From IMG/VR virus record IMGVR_UViG_3300045988_180675, positions 64,001 to 128,000 of that record: 64,000 nucleotides of DNA; one strand, given 5' to 3'. Under the pieces are notes generated by a model. It saw only the letters and a program-made list of their open reading frames with translations. It ran no database searches and was not told the DNA's origin. Origin of the DNA: a virus. The stretch's first letter is position 1; each line of letters opens with the position of its first letter. This document shows, piece after piece, positions 1 through 8,423 of this stretch. Made by a program: the position numbers and the translations under genes.

Positions 1-253
1 AGCAACCTTTCCTATCAACCAATGTTGTTTTATTTTCTGTAATCATATTTGCGATCGTCTTTTCGATAATGATGAACAAAGATTGGAAGTCCACCTTCGT
101 TTCAGGAAAACAATGGTGATAAGACTCAATACCAAAAGTTTCCTTTAATTCATTAAAAAAGAATTTGTCACTAAAGTCCATTCCGAATAGTTGAGTAGTA
201 AATACAGTTTCTTCCGTTTTTTCATCTTTCAAGATCAGTTCTATTTTTCTCAT
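1..253 (-). CDS. hypothetical protein, N-terminal 84 codons (3' end beyond left edge)
   Basis: ATG at 253 opens a stop-free frame to position 1 (MRKIELILKDEKTEETVFTTQLFGMDF...). It is absent from the ORF track because no stop lies in the window. An extended -10 sits upstream. Confidence 0.5.
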   Translation of the reverse strand, partial: MRKIELILKDEKTEETVFTTQLFGMDFSDKFFFNELKETFGIESYHHCFPETKVDFQSLFIIIEKTIANMITENKTTLVDRKGC

Positions 254-279
254 ATTTTCTTCTCTCTTTCTTTACCCAA

Positions 280-288
280 ATTATATCA
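280..288 (-). promoter_or_regulatory. extended -10 promoter for gene 1..253
   Basis: The reverse complement of 280-288 reads TGATATAAT, about 27 nt upstream of the ATG at 253. Confidence 0.45.
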
Positions 289-504
289 TATTCTTCATAT
301 TTTCTCAAAAGAAAATAAAATAGAAAGACACAAGATATGCACAAACAAATAGATCCAAACCTCGTTCCCTGTTTCTTTCTTAGCTCTTCTTTTTTTTATT
401 AAAAGAGAGAGAATAGGAAAGTGGTAAGAAAAGGTATACGCAAGAAAGGATACAGGAAGAACAAAGGAAGAACACAGGAAATTTAACTCAGTCAAAATTA
501 CAGC

Positions 505-533
505 TTGCCATATACTGTTATTCCTGTTATACT
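505..533 (+). promoter_or_regulatory. sigma-A type promoter TTGCCA-N17-(TG)TATACT with ATACTGTTAT box in spacer
   Basis: -35 TTGCCA at 505-510, a 17-nt spacer, TG at 525-526, and -10 TATACT at 528-533. The ATACTGTTAT box is at 512-521. Confidence 0.55.
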
Positions 534-539
534 TTAAGT

Positions 540-635
540 AGCTGATCTACCAAGGGTAGAAACAGATCCGAGAAACCACTTTAAAACTTCCTGTAAGACG
601 CAGCAGGAAAGATAAGGTGGTTCCTTGTTTTTTAT
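540..635 (+). ncRNA. candidate ~95-nt small RNA (promoter-to-terminator unit without ORF)
   Basis: It lies downstream of the 505-533 promoter. Hairpins: CTACC/GGTAG (547-561), TTCCTG/CAGGAA (588-609), and a long-range stem GAAACCAC/GTGGTTCC (572-579 with 617-624) followed by a T-run at 628-634. No SD-ATG is present. Confidence 0.4.
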
Positions 636-891
636 ATAAAGAAATAAGAATAGGAGAAGTCGGACATGAGAACTCTCCAGTTTTTCTCTTGCCCCTCTTC
701 TTTTTTTAGAAAAGAAAGAAATAAGGAAAAGGCAGGGAAAACATAAGGGAGGTATATCAGAACGAAATAATATGGATCCAGATTATGTAATCAGTGGAAC
801 GGGAATTACAGGATCCAACCGTGAGTCCATATATTGTTTGCTATATCTTAGGTTGCTGCATTACTCTACTTTATCTTTATTTATATAATAT

Positions 892-1574
892 TGGATTCCT
901 CTACTATACCAATATACAGTATGTACAGTTATTATATTGGGCTATTCTAGTAGTCCATATTTATTATTCAGTATCGTTTATCTTGGGCTACTCTAATAGA
1001 ACAAAATTTTACAATAAGCCCATTATTCTCTATGGTTCTATCTTTTGTTTTTGGTTTGCTCTAGTAGCCCAGTATTATAACGATCTATATTTATACTTGG
1101 TCTACTCTATCGACCCAGTATCCTTTATTTATGCAAATTATTTTTTGGGCTTATCTACTAACCCATATTCTTATATATTACCTATATTTTTGGGCTGATC
1201 TACTGGACCAACTTCATTCTTGGTTTTCTCTATCAACCCATTATTTATCCAGATCAAACTAATTCTTGGGCTATTCTATCAGCCCATACTTTTTCTATTC
1301 TTGGTTTTCTCTATAAGACCAATCTCATTACACTGGGCTACTTAAGTATACCAGTCTATACAGATTCTTGGGCTACTAGACGGAACCATTTTTCTTATCT
1401 TAGTTTTCTTATTTCTTGGGCTACTCTACTATCCATATTATTTTCTTGATCTACTTCTTTTTGGGTCGCTATAGCAGACCAATATTTTATATATCTCTTT
1501 ATTTTCTTGGGCTACTATACGAGTCCAATTTTTATTCTTTAATATCTTTAATCTTGGGCTACTATAGCAGACCG
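892..1574. repeat. phased array of ~16 dyad-symmetric 20-bp sites, consensus TGGGCTACTCTAnnAGnCCA (iteron/centromere-like)
   Basis: Copies start at 892, 938, 984, 1052, 1098, 1146, 1191, 1221, 1267, 1302, 1334, 1369, 1417, 1462, 1508 and 1555. Spacing is mostly 45-48 bp. The arms co-vary, e.g. TGGGCT..AGCCCA at 1267 and TGGTC..GACCCA at 1098. Confidence 0.8.
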
Positions 1575-2885
1575 TGTTTTTAGGTGATTTTTGGAAAACG
1601 TGCCCTGCTCGCTGCTCTCTGGCTCTATGCAATGTTTATTTTCGCCCACTTCCGCCTCCCCTTTGGGGTTCGTTCGCAGCTCGCTTTTTCTTTTTTATAC
1701 TTCTTATTTTCCTATCCATCTTCTTGTTATTATCTTATACAGGAAAATCTACGTGATCACCGTGATGAAAGTGGTGCAAAATGGGATTTTAAACGGAAAA
1801 AGAGAGAAATATCAAGAAAACTAAAGAGAAAGTCCTTATATTCTCCTTTATTTAAAGGGAAAAAAGAAAGAAAGTATCGAAAAAGTAAACTTCTTACTAG
1901 ATTTCGGTATATTTTCTTAACAAATTCCCTTATTTTCAGCTTCTTCTTACTAATTTCCTACTGAATTCCGATTCTTAAAAAAGGAAAAAAGAAAGAAAAA
2001 ATGTCGTTTCTGAATACAAAAATATCGAATTATGTCAAATTCATCCCTATTTTAAGGAAGAAATGCCTATTCTTGTCCGTTCTCTCTTTATTTTCAGGAA
2101 GCCGTTGTGTTTTCCCATGTCTTTTCTGTATCTTTTTCTTATGTTTGAAAAGAAATTAACAGGAAAAGGGTAGAGAAGTTACCCAAGAATGCTTAAATTT
2201 ATCACTTAATTCTATGATCGTAATGAGAAAAGGCGAGATAAGATGCGAAAAAAGTGCAGAAATCGCCTATTTTACCCCTTCGACCTAGGTTTAAAAGGAA
2301 AAGTGGGGCTAGAGCATATTGTTACTAAGTAGAAAGCCTTTGTGTTTTCCTGTGTTTTTTCTTTTTATTTTCCCTTGTTTAAAAAGAAGAAGAAAGGAAA
2401 AAGGAAATTCATAGGCAAAAGTGCTGGAATGCACTTTCGCTCAAACTTATATTCTCAAAACTTATGAAGAAAACTAGGAAATAAAGAAGGAAGATACAGG
2501 AGTGACCTAGGTATCAATGATATTTAAGTTATGATGAAGCATTGGAAGAAGAAAAAGAAGGTACTGGAGAAATTAAAGTAGAGATTATGGTTATGTCGTA
2601 GATGGGGTTTATGATTTCCTTTTATTTTCTTTTGTTTGGGGTTTGATTATTCATTGATACTTCGGCATACAGGGAAGCCACTAGATTTTCTTGAAGTGAT
2701 CTCGAATTATTTCTTTCGTTTGAAAAGAATAAGATACGGAAGAGAAAAAGATATTATTTCGTATCATAGGTTTCTTTTGCTTTTGCCTGCACTACACGGT
2801 GTTGGACGCCTGTGAGTTAAGTGTTAATACTTGCTTATTAAGATGAAAATAGTGCAAAAAATAAACAGTATTTTATGTAAATTCT

Positions 2886-2922
2886 GCGACAATACATATA
2901 CTCAATATGTAAATGTCACACA
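2886..2922. promoter_or_regulatory. nested inverted repeat sharing GYGACAATACATATA with the mob-proximal repeat (candidate oriT-like site, copy 2)
   Basis: GCGACA...TGTCAC arms enclose ACATAT..ATATGT. On the minus strand it contains TATGTGTGAC. Confidence 0.3.
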
Positions 2923-2942
2923 TAGTTTTCTTTGCAGTTACT

Positions 2943-3011
2943 ATTTTATATTCTTTTAAGAATATGTTTTGGAGTATTTTTATATTCTCTATGGAAAGCA
3001 TTTTTATATTC
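2943..3011 (+). repeat. three direct repeats ATTTT(T)ATATTCT
   Basis: Copies are at 2943-2954, 2976-2988 and 2999-3011, just downstream of the relaxase gene. Confidence 0.5.
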
Positions 3012-3020
3012 TAGTTAGCA

Positions 3021-3053
3021 AATAAAAAAGGAAGATATTTGATATTATCTTCC
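3021..3053 (-). terminator. intrinsic terminator of relaxase gene
   Basis: Stem GGAAGATA (3030-3037) pairs with TATCTTCC (3046-3053). The T-run on the minus strand is the A-run at 3023-3029. Confidence 0.6.
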
Positions 3054-3863
3054 TGTGAATTCTGATAAAGCTTGTCTATTTTTGCTTTCTTTATCACTAT
3101 GTTCTTGTCTAAGTTTTTTAGCTCTTTCACGTTCTTCTTGGATAGCTTTATTGATGAAATCCATCTTGCTTAGATGCTCTCGTTTCATTGGAACACGGTC
3201 AATCATCAAGCCTAAACTCTGACATATCTCACAGAATTTTTCTCTGATCATAGCTGTGTAGGTGATCAGTCTGTTGTTGAATCTTGACTCTGGTTCATCC
3301 GCAAATGGAAGTGGAATACCAGCTTGTTCAAGTGCTTTTTCCTTTCCGATCTCAAGTCTAGTAGTGCCATCAGGATTACGCTCCTTATAAACAAAAATTT
3401 TACGTTCGTGAATATGTGGAGTTGACTCATCAAGATGTAAAGCTGAATCGAGAACGATAACACGACCTTTTGTGATTTGCTTTTCATACTCTGCCAACTG
3501 CTTATAGGCTTCAGATAATTTATCTGCATCTGGAAAGTCATATAAGTTTCCGATCTGGATAATACTTTCCGTAGGTCTGTATCTTGATGACTTACGGAAT
3601 TGATCCATCGTCATAAGCCTATCCTTTTTTCTGATTTTTCTGACTTTTTCATTTCTAAATTCTAAAGCATCTGCAAAGTGTTCTTCATAAAATCGTTTCT
3701 CAGCAGCCTCAAAGTCGTCTGCCATTTCTGGATAAAAGCACTCATACACATTATCAGAAACTCTTTCTTGGATGACATGAGGAGATTCATTTAAATCATA
3801 ATTTCGACAATTATGGTTTGGATTTCCCTCCCATTTTTGCCCATTGTGAATTGATACTTTCAT
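3045..3863 (-). CDS. mob: MobV-family (Mob/Pre) relaxase
   Basis: HNCR lies near the N-terminus. ALHLDESTPHIHERKIF matches the HxDExxPHxH motif (compare MobM HLDESTPHMH). The start is moved to ATG 3863, which has an AGAGG SD, instead of the track start at 3920. Confidence 0.85.
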   Translation of the reverse strand: MKVSIHNGQKWEGNPNHNCRNYDLNESPHVIQERVSDNVYECFYPEMADDFEAAEKRFYEEHFADALEFRNEKVRKIRKKDRLMTMDQFRKSSRYRPTESIIQIGNLYDFPDADKLSEAYKQLAEYEKQITKGRVIVLDSALHLDESTPHIHERKIFVYKERNPDGTTRLEIGKEKALEQAGIPLPFADEPESRFNNRLITYTAMIREKFCEICQSLGLMIDRVPMKREHLSKMDFINKAIQEERERAKKLRQEHSDKESKNRQALSEFTGR

Positions 3864-3891
3864 TTTAAATAACCTCTTTTCTCTAGTAAGG

Positions 3892-3942
3892 AGTATACCA
3901 CATAAAAAAAGTTGTGACAATACATATATATAATGTCACAAC
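3892..3942 (-). promoter_or_regulatory. mob promoter (TGGTATACT) overlapped by perfect 9-bp inverted repeat GTTGTGACA-N14-TGTCACAAC (operator / candidate oriT)
   Basis: The reverse complement of 3892-3900 is TGGTATACT. The inverted repeat spans 3911-3942. Confidence 0.5.
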
Positions 3943-3953
3943 TAAAATTGTAT

Positions 3954-4715
3954 TTACACTGCAAAAGACAAGTCCTTTGGAAGATCAGCATAAAACTCTT
4001 CTCCTGTTTCAAGACAAAGACAGCCAAGTGGTAACTGCCTTGCACATCCACAATCAAGATTGATTAGATGTCCTTTTGCTGCCTTTGAAATCTTTGGTAG
4101 TCCTCCAGATCTAGTTTGACCATAAGAACATTTGAATACTGGGGTATGACCGATCAGAAGCGTAGTATCTTTGTACAGGGTATATAAAGAATGAAACTTG
4201 TTATACAAAAGAGTAGGGTTCATACTGTTGGCATATTCTCTACTCCACAACACACGTTCACGATCATGCGTGTTGGCATCTTTATACAATAAGATATCGT
4301 TATAGTAATAATCTAAATGGGTTGCATGAGCGATGTAGTATTGCTTATCGTTGATACTTAAATTAGGAATAACGATTGGGCATTGAGTAAGGTCGTAGAG
4401 GATTGAATACTGTTCTGTAAATAGAAGCTCTTCAAACTGTTTTAAAGTTTTTTCGTTTCCATTTGAACTCCATATATACATCGCATCGTCATCTTTTTCA
4501 AGCAAAGCCTGAAGCATAAGATGCTCATGATTTCCAATCAATAAAACGATATTCGGCTTAGATAATATGTGTTGTAACAACTTAATTGATTGATCGCCTC
4601 TATCTATTACATCTCCATTGACATATAAAATATCTTCATCAGAGAAATTTATCTTTTTTAATATATCCAGAAAATAGTCGTATTGACCATGAATATCACT
4701 CATTACATAATGCAT
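3954..4715 (-). CDS. PPP-family metallophosphoesterase (Ser/Thr phosphatase / ApaH-like)
   Basis: The motifs DIHG, GDVIDRGD, GNHE and GHT occur in canonical order. Confidence 0.8.
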   Translation of the reverse strand: MHYVMSDIHGQYDYFLDILKKINFSDEDILYVNGDVIDRGDQSIKLLQHILSKPNIVLLIGNHEHLMLQALLEKDDDAMYIWSSNGNEKTLKQFEELLFTEQYSILYDLTQCPIVIPNLSINDKQYYIAHATHLDYYYNDILLYKDANTHDRERVLWSREYANSMNPTLLYNKFHSLYTLYKDTTLLIGHTPVFKCSYGQTRSGGLPKISKAAKGHLINLDCGCARQLPLGCLCLETGEEFYADLPKDLSFAV

Positions 4716-4740
4716 TTTTACCGCCTTTCTACATGCCTAT

Positions 4741-4758
4741 ATTATATCATAACAGTAT
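4741..4758 (-). promoter_or_regulatory. class-2 promoter (ATACTGTTAT box + TGATATAAT)
   Basis: The reverse complement reads ATACTGTTATGATATAAT. It lies upstream of the phosphatase start at 4715. Confidence 0.55.
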
Positions 4759-4821
4759 GATATTTTAAAGATTATGATGCTTTTATTATGCGATTTTAAA
4801 AAGAAAAATCTAACCTTTTGG

Positions 4822-6627
4822 CTAGATTTCTTTTTTGTATATCTGGATATAATCCATATCTTTTTTCTCTTCGTTATATCCTTTAACTTGTACGATTTCC
4901 TGAACTGTAAAATCTTGTAGATATACGATTGTGTCAAATGACTTAGTAGAACGTTTCGCTTGTTCATAGGTTACATTTTGCATTCCTCTTAATGTTAGAT
5001 CAACAAGCTTATCACTTGCATCTCTTGCCGATTGAGAGTGGATCGATAAAGCCGTTCTACATCCAGAGTTTGATAATGTAATAGCAGATACCACTTCAGG
5101 ACCTTTTACTTCACCAATAATAAATACATTGGCACCAGCAACTAAAGCCATCTGTCCTAACTGCTCTAGCGTACATGGTTGTTGTCCGTTTTGTGGATTT
5201 AATACAACATGTTCAAACATGATTCCTTTTCGATAAGCAAATAATTCATCGTTTTCTTGGATACATAAGATTTCTGCCGAAGATTCATAGGCTTCTTCTA
5301 AAAACCAATTAAGCAAAGTTGTTTTACCAGATCCAGGAGGACCAGCAAATACGACTCCCTTACTATACTTCCCACAATCAAGTAGGTAGTTGCGAATCTT
5401 TTCATCCATCATTCCAGCTTTGATTAAATCGTCAGCCATTAACTTCTTTCTAGGTAACTTTCGAATATGAATAATAGGATATCCAGAGCATGTAATATAT
5501 GGTGCTGTGATAGAAAATCTTAACAGGTATTGTTCATCCTGCTCATCTGTAAATGTCTGGGTTGGAACACCTAAGTCGATTCCGTTTACAGTCGCTACAC
5601 CATTAATAAATCTTATATAGTCAGCCTGATCGATAAAGGTGATATTTGAAAGATACGCCTTTCCTTTGATTCTGACTCTTATTGAATAAGGATCCGTAAT
5701 TTTAATATCACTAATATCTGGATCGTCAATAAGGTCCTGTACGATATATAATTCAAATAATGCTCTATGTAGCTTTTCAATTAGTGCTGGGACATCTTCT
5801 CTTTGAAGTCTTAAAGTATCTACAAATGTTCTTTGGATGTATGCCTTTAACATCTCCATAAAAGATTCTTCATCTTTTTGACCTCTTAATACACTATAAT
5901 AAGAATTCTTTTCTGCTTCTGTAATATAGCCCATTGCCTCTTGGAAGATTGAGACAAAATGCTCGTAATCGCAAATTGTTTTTATTTGCATATCTTTAGC
6001 TTTTAGGTTATAAACAAGTTCTTCTCGACTATCGATTTCTTCAAGCCGTCTTGGAATATAAGTATCCAGCTGATTTAAAAATGGCTTTTGTGTAGACGAT
6101 GTTTTTAATTTTTCATCTTGTTCCTCTACCATTTGTAGATGTAGTTCTCTTTCTTCTTCTGTATAATTTCTCTTTATATCATTAGGAATGATCAGCTTGC
6201 TTTTTTCTTCAGTAGTATTATCTTGCTTTACCCCTATAAAATCATACAATTCACCAAATTTAATTTTTTGCCCATAAAAACGAATTAACACATAAGCCTC
6301 AAGATAATCTCCAACTAGTTTTACAGAGATCGATAAAGGATCAAAAAGTGTTTCTTTCTTTTTAATGTTTAAAAATTCGTTTATCTTTTTTTGCAGTTCT
6401 GTGATACCAATAAGGAGACTATGCTTTGATACAAACATGTAAACTGGATTAGCCCAAACGCCACCTTTGTCTGGAATGATGGTATTTGCTATTTTTTCAA
6501 AAGATTCGCCTTTTGAATAAATGATAAATTCATCTCTGTCTTGTAATTGGTATTTCTCTTCTAATTTTGCTAATTGAGAATTGTTTTTTGCGATTCCAAC
6601 AATTACATTTCCTTTATCTCTTGTCAT
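4822..6627 (-). CDS. CpaF/VirB11-type secretion ATPase with ~250-aa extra N-terminal region
   Basis: Walker A GPPGSGKTT, Asp box ILCIQENDELF, Walker B IIGEVKGPE and His box LSIHSQSA are present. The N-domain carries DLIDDPDISDIKI. There is a 4-nt start/stop overlap with the upstream gene. Confidence 0.75.
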   Translation of the reverse strand: MTRDKGNVIVGIAKNNSQLAKLEEKYQLQDRDEFIIYSKGESFEKIANTIIPDKGGVWANPVYMFVSKHSLLIGITELQKKINEFLNIKKKETLFDPLSISVKLVGDYLEAYVLIRFYGQKIKFGELYDFIGVKQDNTTEEKSKLIIPNDIKRNYTEEERELHLQMVEEQDEKLKTSSTQKPFLNQLDTYIPRRLEEIDSREELVYNLKAKDMQIKTICDYEHFVSIFQEAMGYITEAEKNSYYSVLRGQKDEESFMEMLKAYIQRTFVDTLRLQREDVPALIEKLHRALFELYIVQDLIDDPDISDIKITDPYSIRVRIKGKAYLSNITFIDQADYIRFINGVATVNGIDLGVPTQTFTDEQDEQYLLRFSITAPYITCSGYPIIHIRKLPRKKLMADDLIKAGMMDEKIRNYLLDCGKYSKGVVFAGPPGSGKTTLLNWFLEEAYESSAEILCIQENDELFAYRKGIMFEHVVLNPQNGQQPCTLEQLGQMALVAGANVFIIGEVKGPEVVSAITLSNSGCRTALSIHSQSARDASDKLVDLTLRGMQNVTYEQAKRSTKSFDTIVYLQDFTVQEIVQVKGYNEEKKDMDYIQIYKKEI

Positions 6628-7775
6628 TTTTGTTTCTCCACATTGTAGCTATAGGTTCTCCCAGAAAGCCCTATTACTTGTAACTTATATTCACCTTTAA
6701 CTAGTTTTATAGTTGTTTCTAATTTACCAACTTCTTCCTGTGATAAGAATGTAGCTCCATCATCTCCAATGATACGAGCCTTTGGATCTGCCACTTTGTA
6801 ATTTCCTTTTTTTATTTCCTTTGTTTCATAGCTGACACTTACTTTATAATCGCCATCTTCATTGATTACGATTTTTTCTTCTTGAATGTCATCACTTTCT
6901 AGTGATTTCTTCTTTTCGTTTTCTGAGTTATCCGATGATTCATAAGTAGGAGTGTTAGGGACATTTACATCTGTTGATTCATCCCATTCCTTACCTGAAG
7001 TTGAATATTTAATAAAACCATAACCCTCAATCAAGTAATAACCACTATTGAGCCATGTAGGCAATGTGATCGAGATTGTTTTGTTTTGCATATATTCAAA
7101 GTTTTTAATTTCGTATGTTTCAGTTGACATTAAAGCTTTTACATCTGCTTTGATTTTATAGTTCTTTAAAATTGTACCAACGTAAACATCGGTCGAATAA
7201 GTTTTGCCTTTTTCTAGTCCGATAATAGTTCCTGCCTCAGATATATTTCCAGAACGTAACTTTGCGTTTCCGATCGACTCAATTACAGCTTGGCTATCCC
7301 CTGCTGAGGTTAGTTGGTTGGCATCGGAACTAGGATTCACATTTAATTCTTTTACATCTGTATCAAAAGTGTATCTACCCGCTGTATTAGCTTTTAACCC
7401 ACAAACGCCTATTGTATATCCAAGATCATAAAATCTTTCAACAGTAACATCGCCTTCAAAGATGCCTTCATTCTGTCTGTATACGATCTTATCTCCTGGA
7501 TACATCGTTGGGATCTTTGTATCCGTACTTTCATTAAGCCACGCCACACGACTTGAATCGCCATTTTTAACAACGCTATTTCTTGTGAAGGTCGCATCTC
7601 CCAAAAATGCTTCATAATAAGTGTTATCTCTTTCAATATAGAAAGATCCGTTTTTTAATTTATTTACATTCGTTTCTATCGTTGCCTCATTACTATTGTC
7701 TTGAGAATCTTCAGATGAACATCCTGTTAATAATGAAAGTGTTAATCCTATTAATAAAACTTTTTTCAAAATCAT
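6624..7775 (-). CDS. lipoprotein, unknown function
   Basis: It has a signal peptide with lipobox LLTGC (MILKKVLLIGLTLSLLTGCSS). It is translationally coupled to the ATPase gene. Confidence 0.7.
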   Translation of the reverse strand: MILKKVLLIGLTLSLLTGCSSEDSQDNSNEATIETNVNKLKNGSFYIERDNTYYEAFLGDATFTRNSVVKNGDSSRVAWLNESTDTKIPTMYPGDKIVYRQNEGIFEGDVTVERFYDLGYTIGVCGLKANTAGRYTFDTDVKELNVNPSSDANQLTSAGDSQAVIESIGNAKLRSGNISEAGTIIGLEKGKTYSTDVYVGTILKNYKIKADVKALMSTETYEIKNFEYMQNKTISITLPTWLNSGYYLIEGYGFIKYSTSGKEWDESTDVNVPNTPTYESSDNSENEKKKSLESDDIQEEKIVINEDGDYKVSVSYETKEIKKGNYKVADPKARIIGDDGATFLSQEEVGKLETTIKLVKGEYKLQVIGLSGRTYSYNVEKQK

Positions 7776-7802
7776 ATAGAAAGTCTCCTTTTTATCATTT
7801 AT

Positions 7803-7827
7803 ATTATGCTATTTTTTTTACTGTTAT
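7803..7827 (-). promoter_or_regulatory. promoter TAGCATAAT with nearby TACTGTTAT box
   Basis: The reverse complement of 7803-7811 is TAGCATAAT. The box is at 7818-7827 with one mismatch. Confidence 0.4.
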
Positions 7828-7888
7828 ATCGTAATTTTTATGCAGTTTTACCAATAGAGTATAAAAATGGAAATAGTTCTCGAAAATC

Positions 7889-7908
7889 ATACTGTTATAT
7901 GATATAAT
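7889..7908 (+). promoter_or_regulatory. class-2 promoter (ATACTGTTAT + TGATATAAT)
   Basis: ATACTGTTAT is at 7889-7898 and TATAAT at 7903-7908. It lies upstream of the ATG at 7937. Confidence 0.55.
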
Positions 7909-7936
7909 ATAAATGAAATAAATAGAAAGGACTATT

Positions 7937-8389
7937 ATGGACAAGAAATATAAAGCAATCCCCTATAAGGTTACAACCCATCATGATGCCATTGAAGATA
8001 AGAATGAACCATGGAATAGTGAACCAGCCTATGATACTTCTGAAATACGTTATTGTATCGTGTCGAATGAAACAGGAGAAGTTTTAGACGATGCACAAGG
8101 ATATGGATACAGAACAGCACAAAAGGCTTATGCAGGTTATGCGTATAAGACAAGGGATAAGAGTAAAGATCGGGAAAGAGAAAATAAGAAAAAACATATC
8201 CAAAAATGGATGAAAGAACACAAGGGATTTGTCAGAGCCATGGACGAAACAGCTTTTGAAATTTTAAAAGGCACTTGGGGACCCGATGACGAATTTGATG
8301 CTAAACAAGTCAAGGATATGCTTAAAGAATGGGGGTTAAATCCAGACTTTACAGCAGGCGAATTATTAAGGGTGTGGAGAAATTGGTAA
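7937..8389 (+). CDS. hypothetical protein
   Basis: The ORF has a GAAAGGA SD. No motif was recognised. Confidence 0.6.
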   Translation: MDKKYKAIPYKVTTHHDAIEDKNEPWNSEPAYDTSEIRYCIVSNETGEVLDDAQGYGYRTAQKAYAGYAYKTRDKSKDRERENKKKHIQKWMKEHKGFVRAMDETAFEILKGTWGPDDEFDAKQVKDMLKEWGLNPDFTAGELLRVWRNW

Positions 8390-8390
8390 A

Positions 8391-8423
8391 CAAAAAAAAG
8401 AGAGCAATCGCCCTCTTTTTTTT
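8391..8423. terminator. bidirectional intrinsic terminator
   Basis: An A-run, then a stem AGAGAGC/GCCCTCT, then a T-run, placed between convergent genes. Confidence 0.65.

Noticed and set aside
512-521. ATACTGTTAT boxes as E. coli-type LexA half-sites (CTGT)
   Set aside because: No full CTGT-N8-ACAG dyad is present at any copy, and the host is evidently a low-GC Gram-positive. The similarity is limited to 4-6 nt.
794-1198. 134-aa ORF in the track (Tyr/Leu/Ile-rich), and neighbouring ORFs 295..495 and 1438..1964
   Set aside because: They lie entirely within the 20-bp site array and the polypyrimidine/polypurine modules. They have no SD, and their composition is an artefact of the repeats. 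They are more likely non-coding.
892-1574. CRISPR array interpretation of the 45-bp periodic repeats
   Set aside because: The repeats are degenerate rather than near-identical. They are dyad-symmetric with co-varying arms. The 'spacers' are about 25 bp, AT-rich and alike. No cas operon is present; the Cas4-like nuclease at 34999 is 33 kb away and paired with a UvrD helicase.
1595-1690. GC-rich islet as a tRNA or other known RNA gene
   Set aside because: I could not fold it into a cloverleaf or find conserved tRNA, tmRNA or RNase P boxes. Only a 4-bp CCCC/GGGG hairpin is evident. It is retained only as part of the gene-desert finding.
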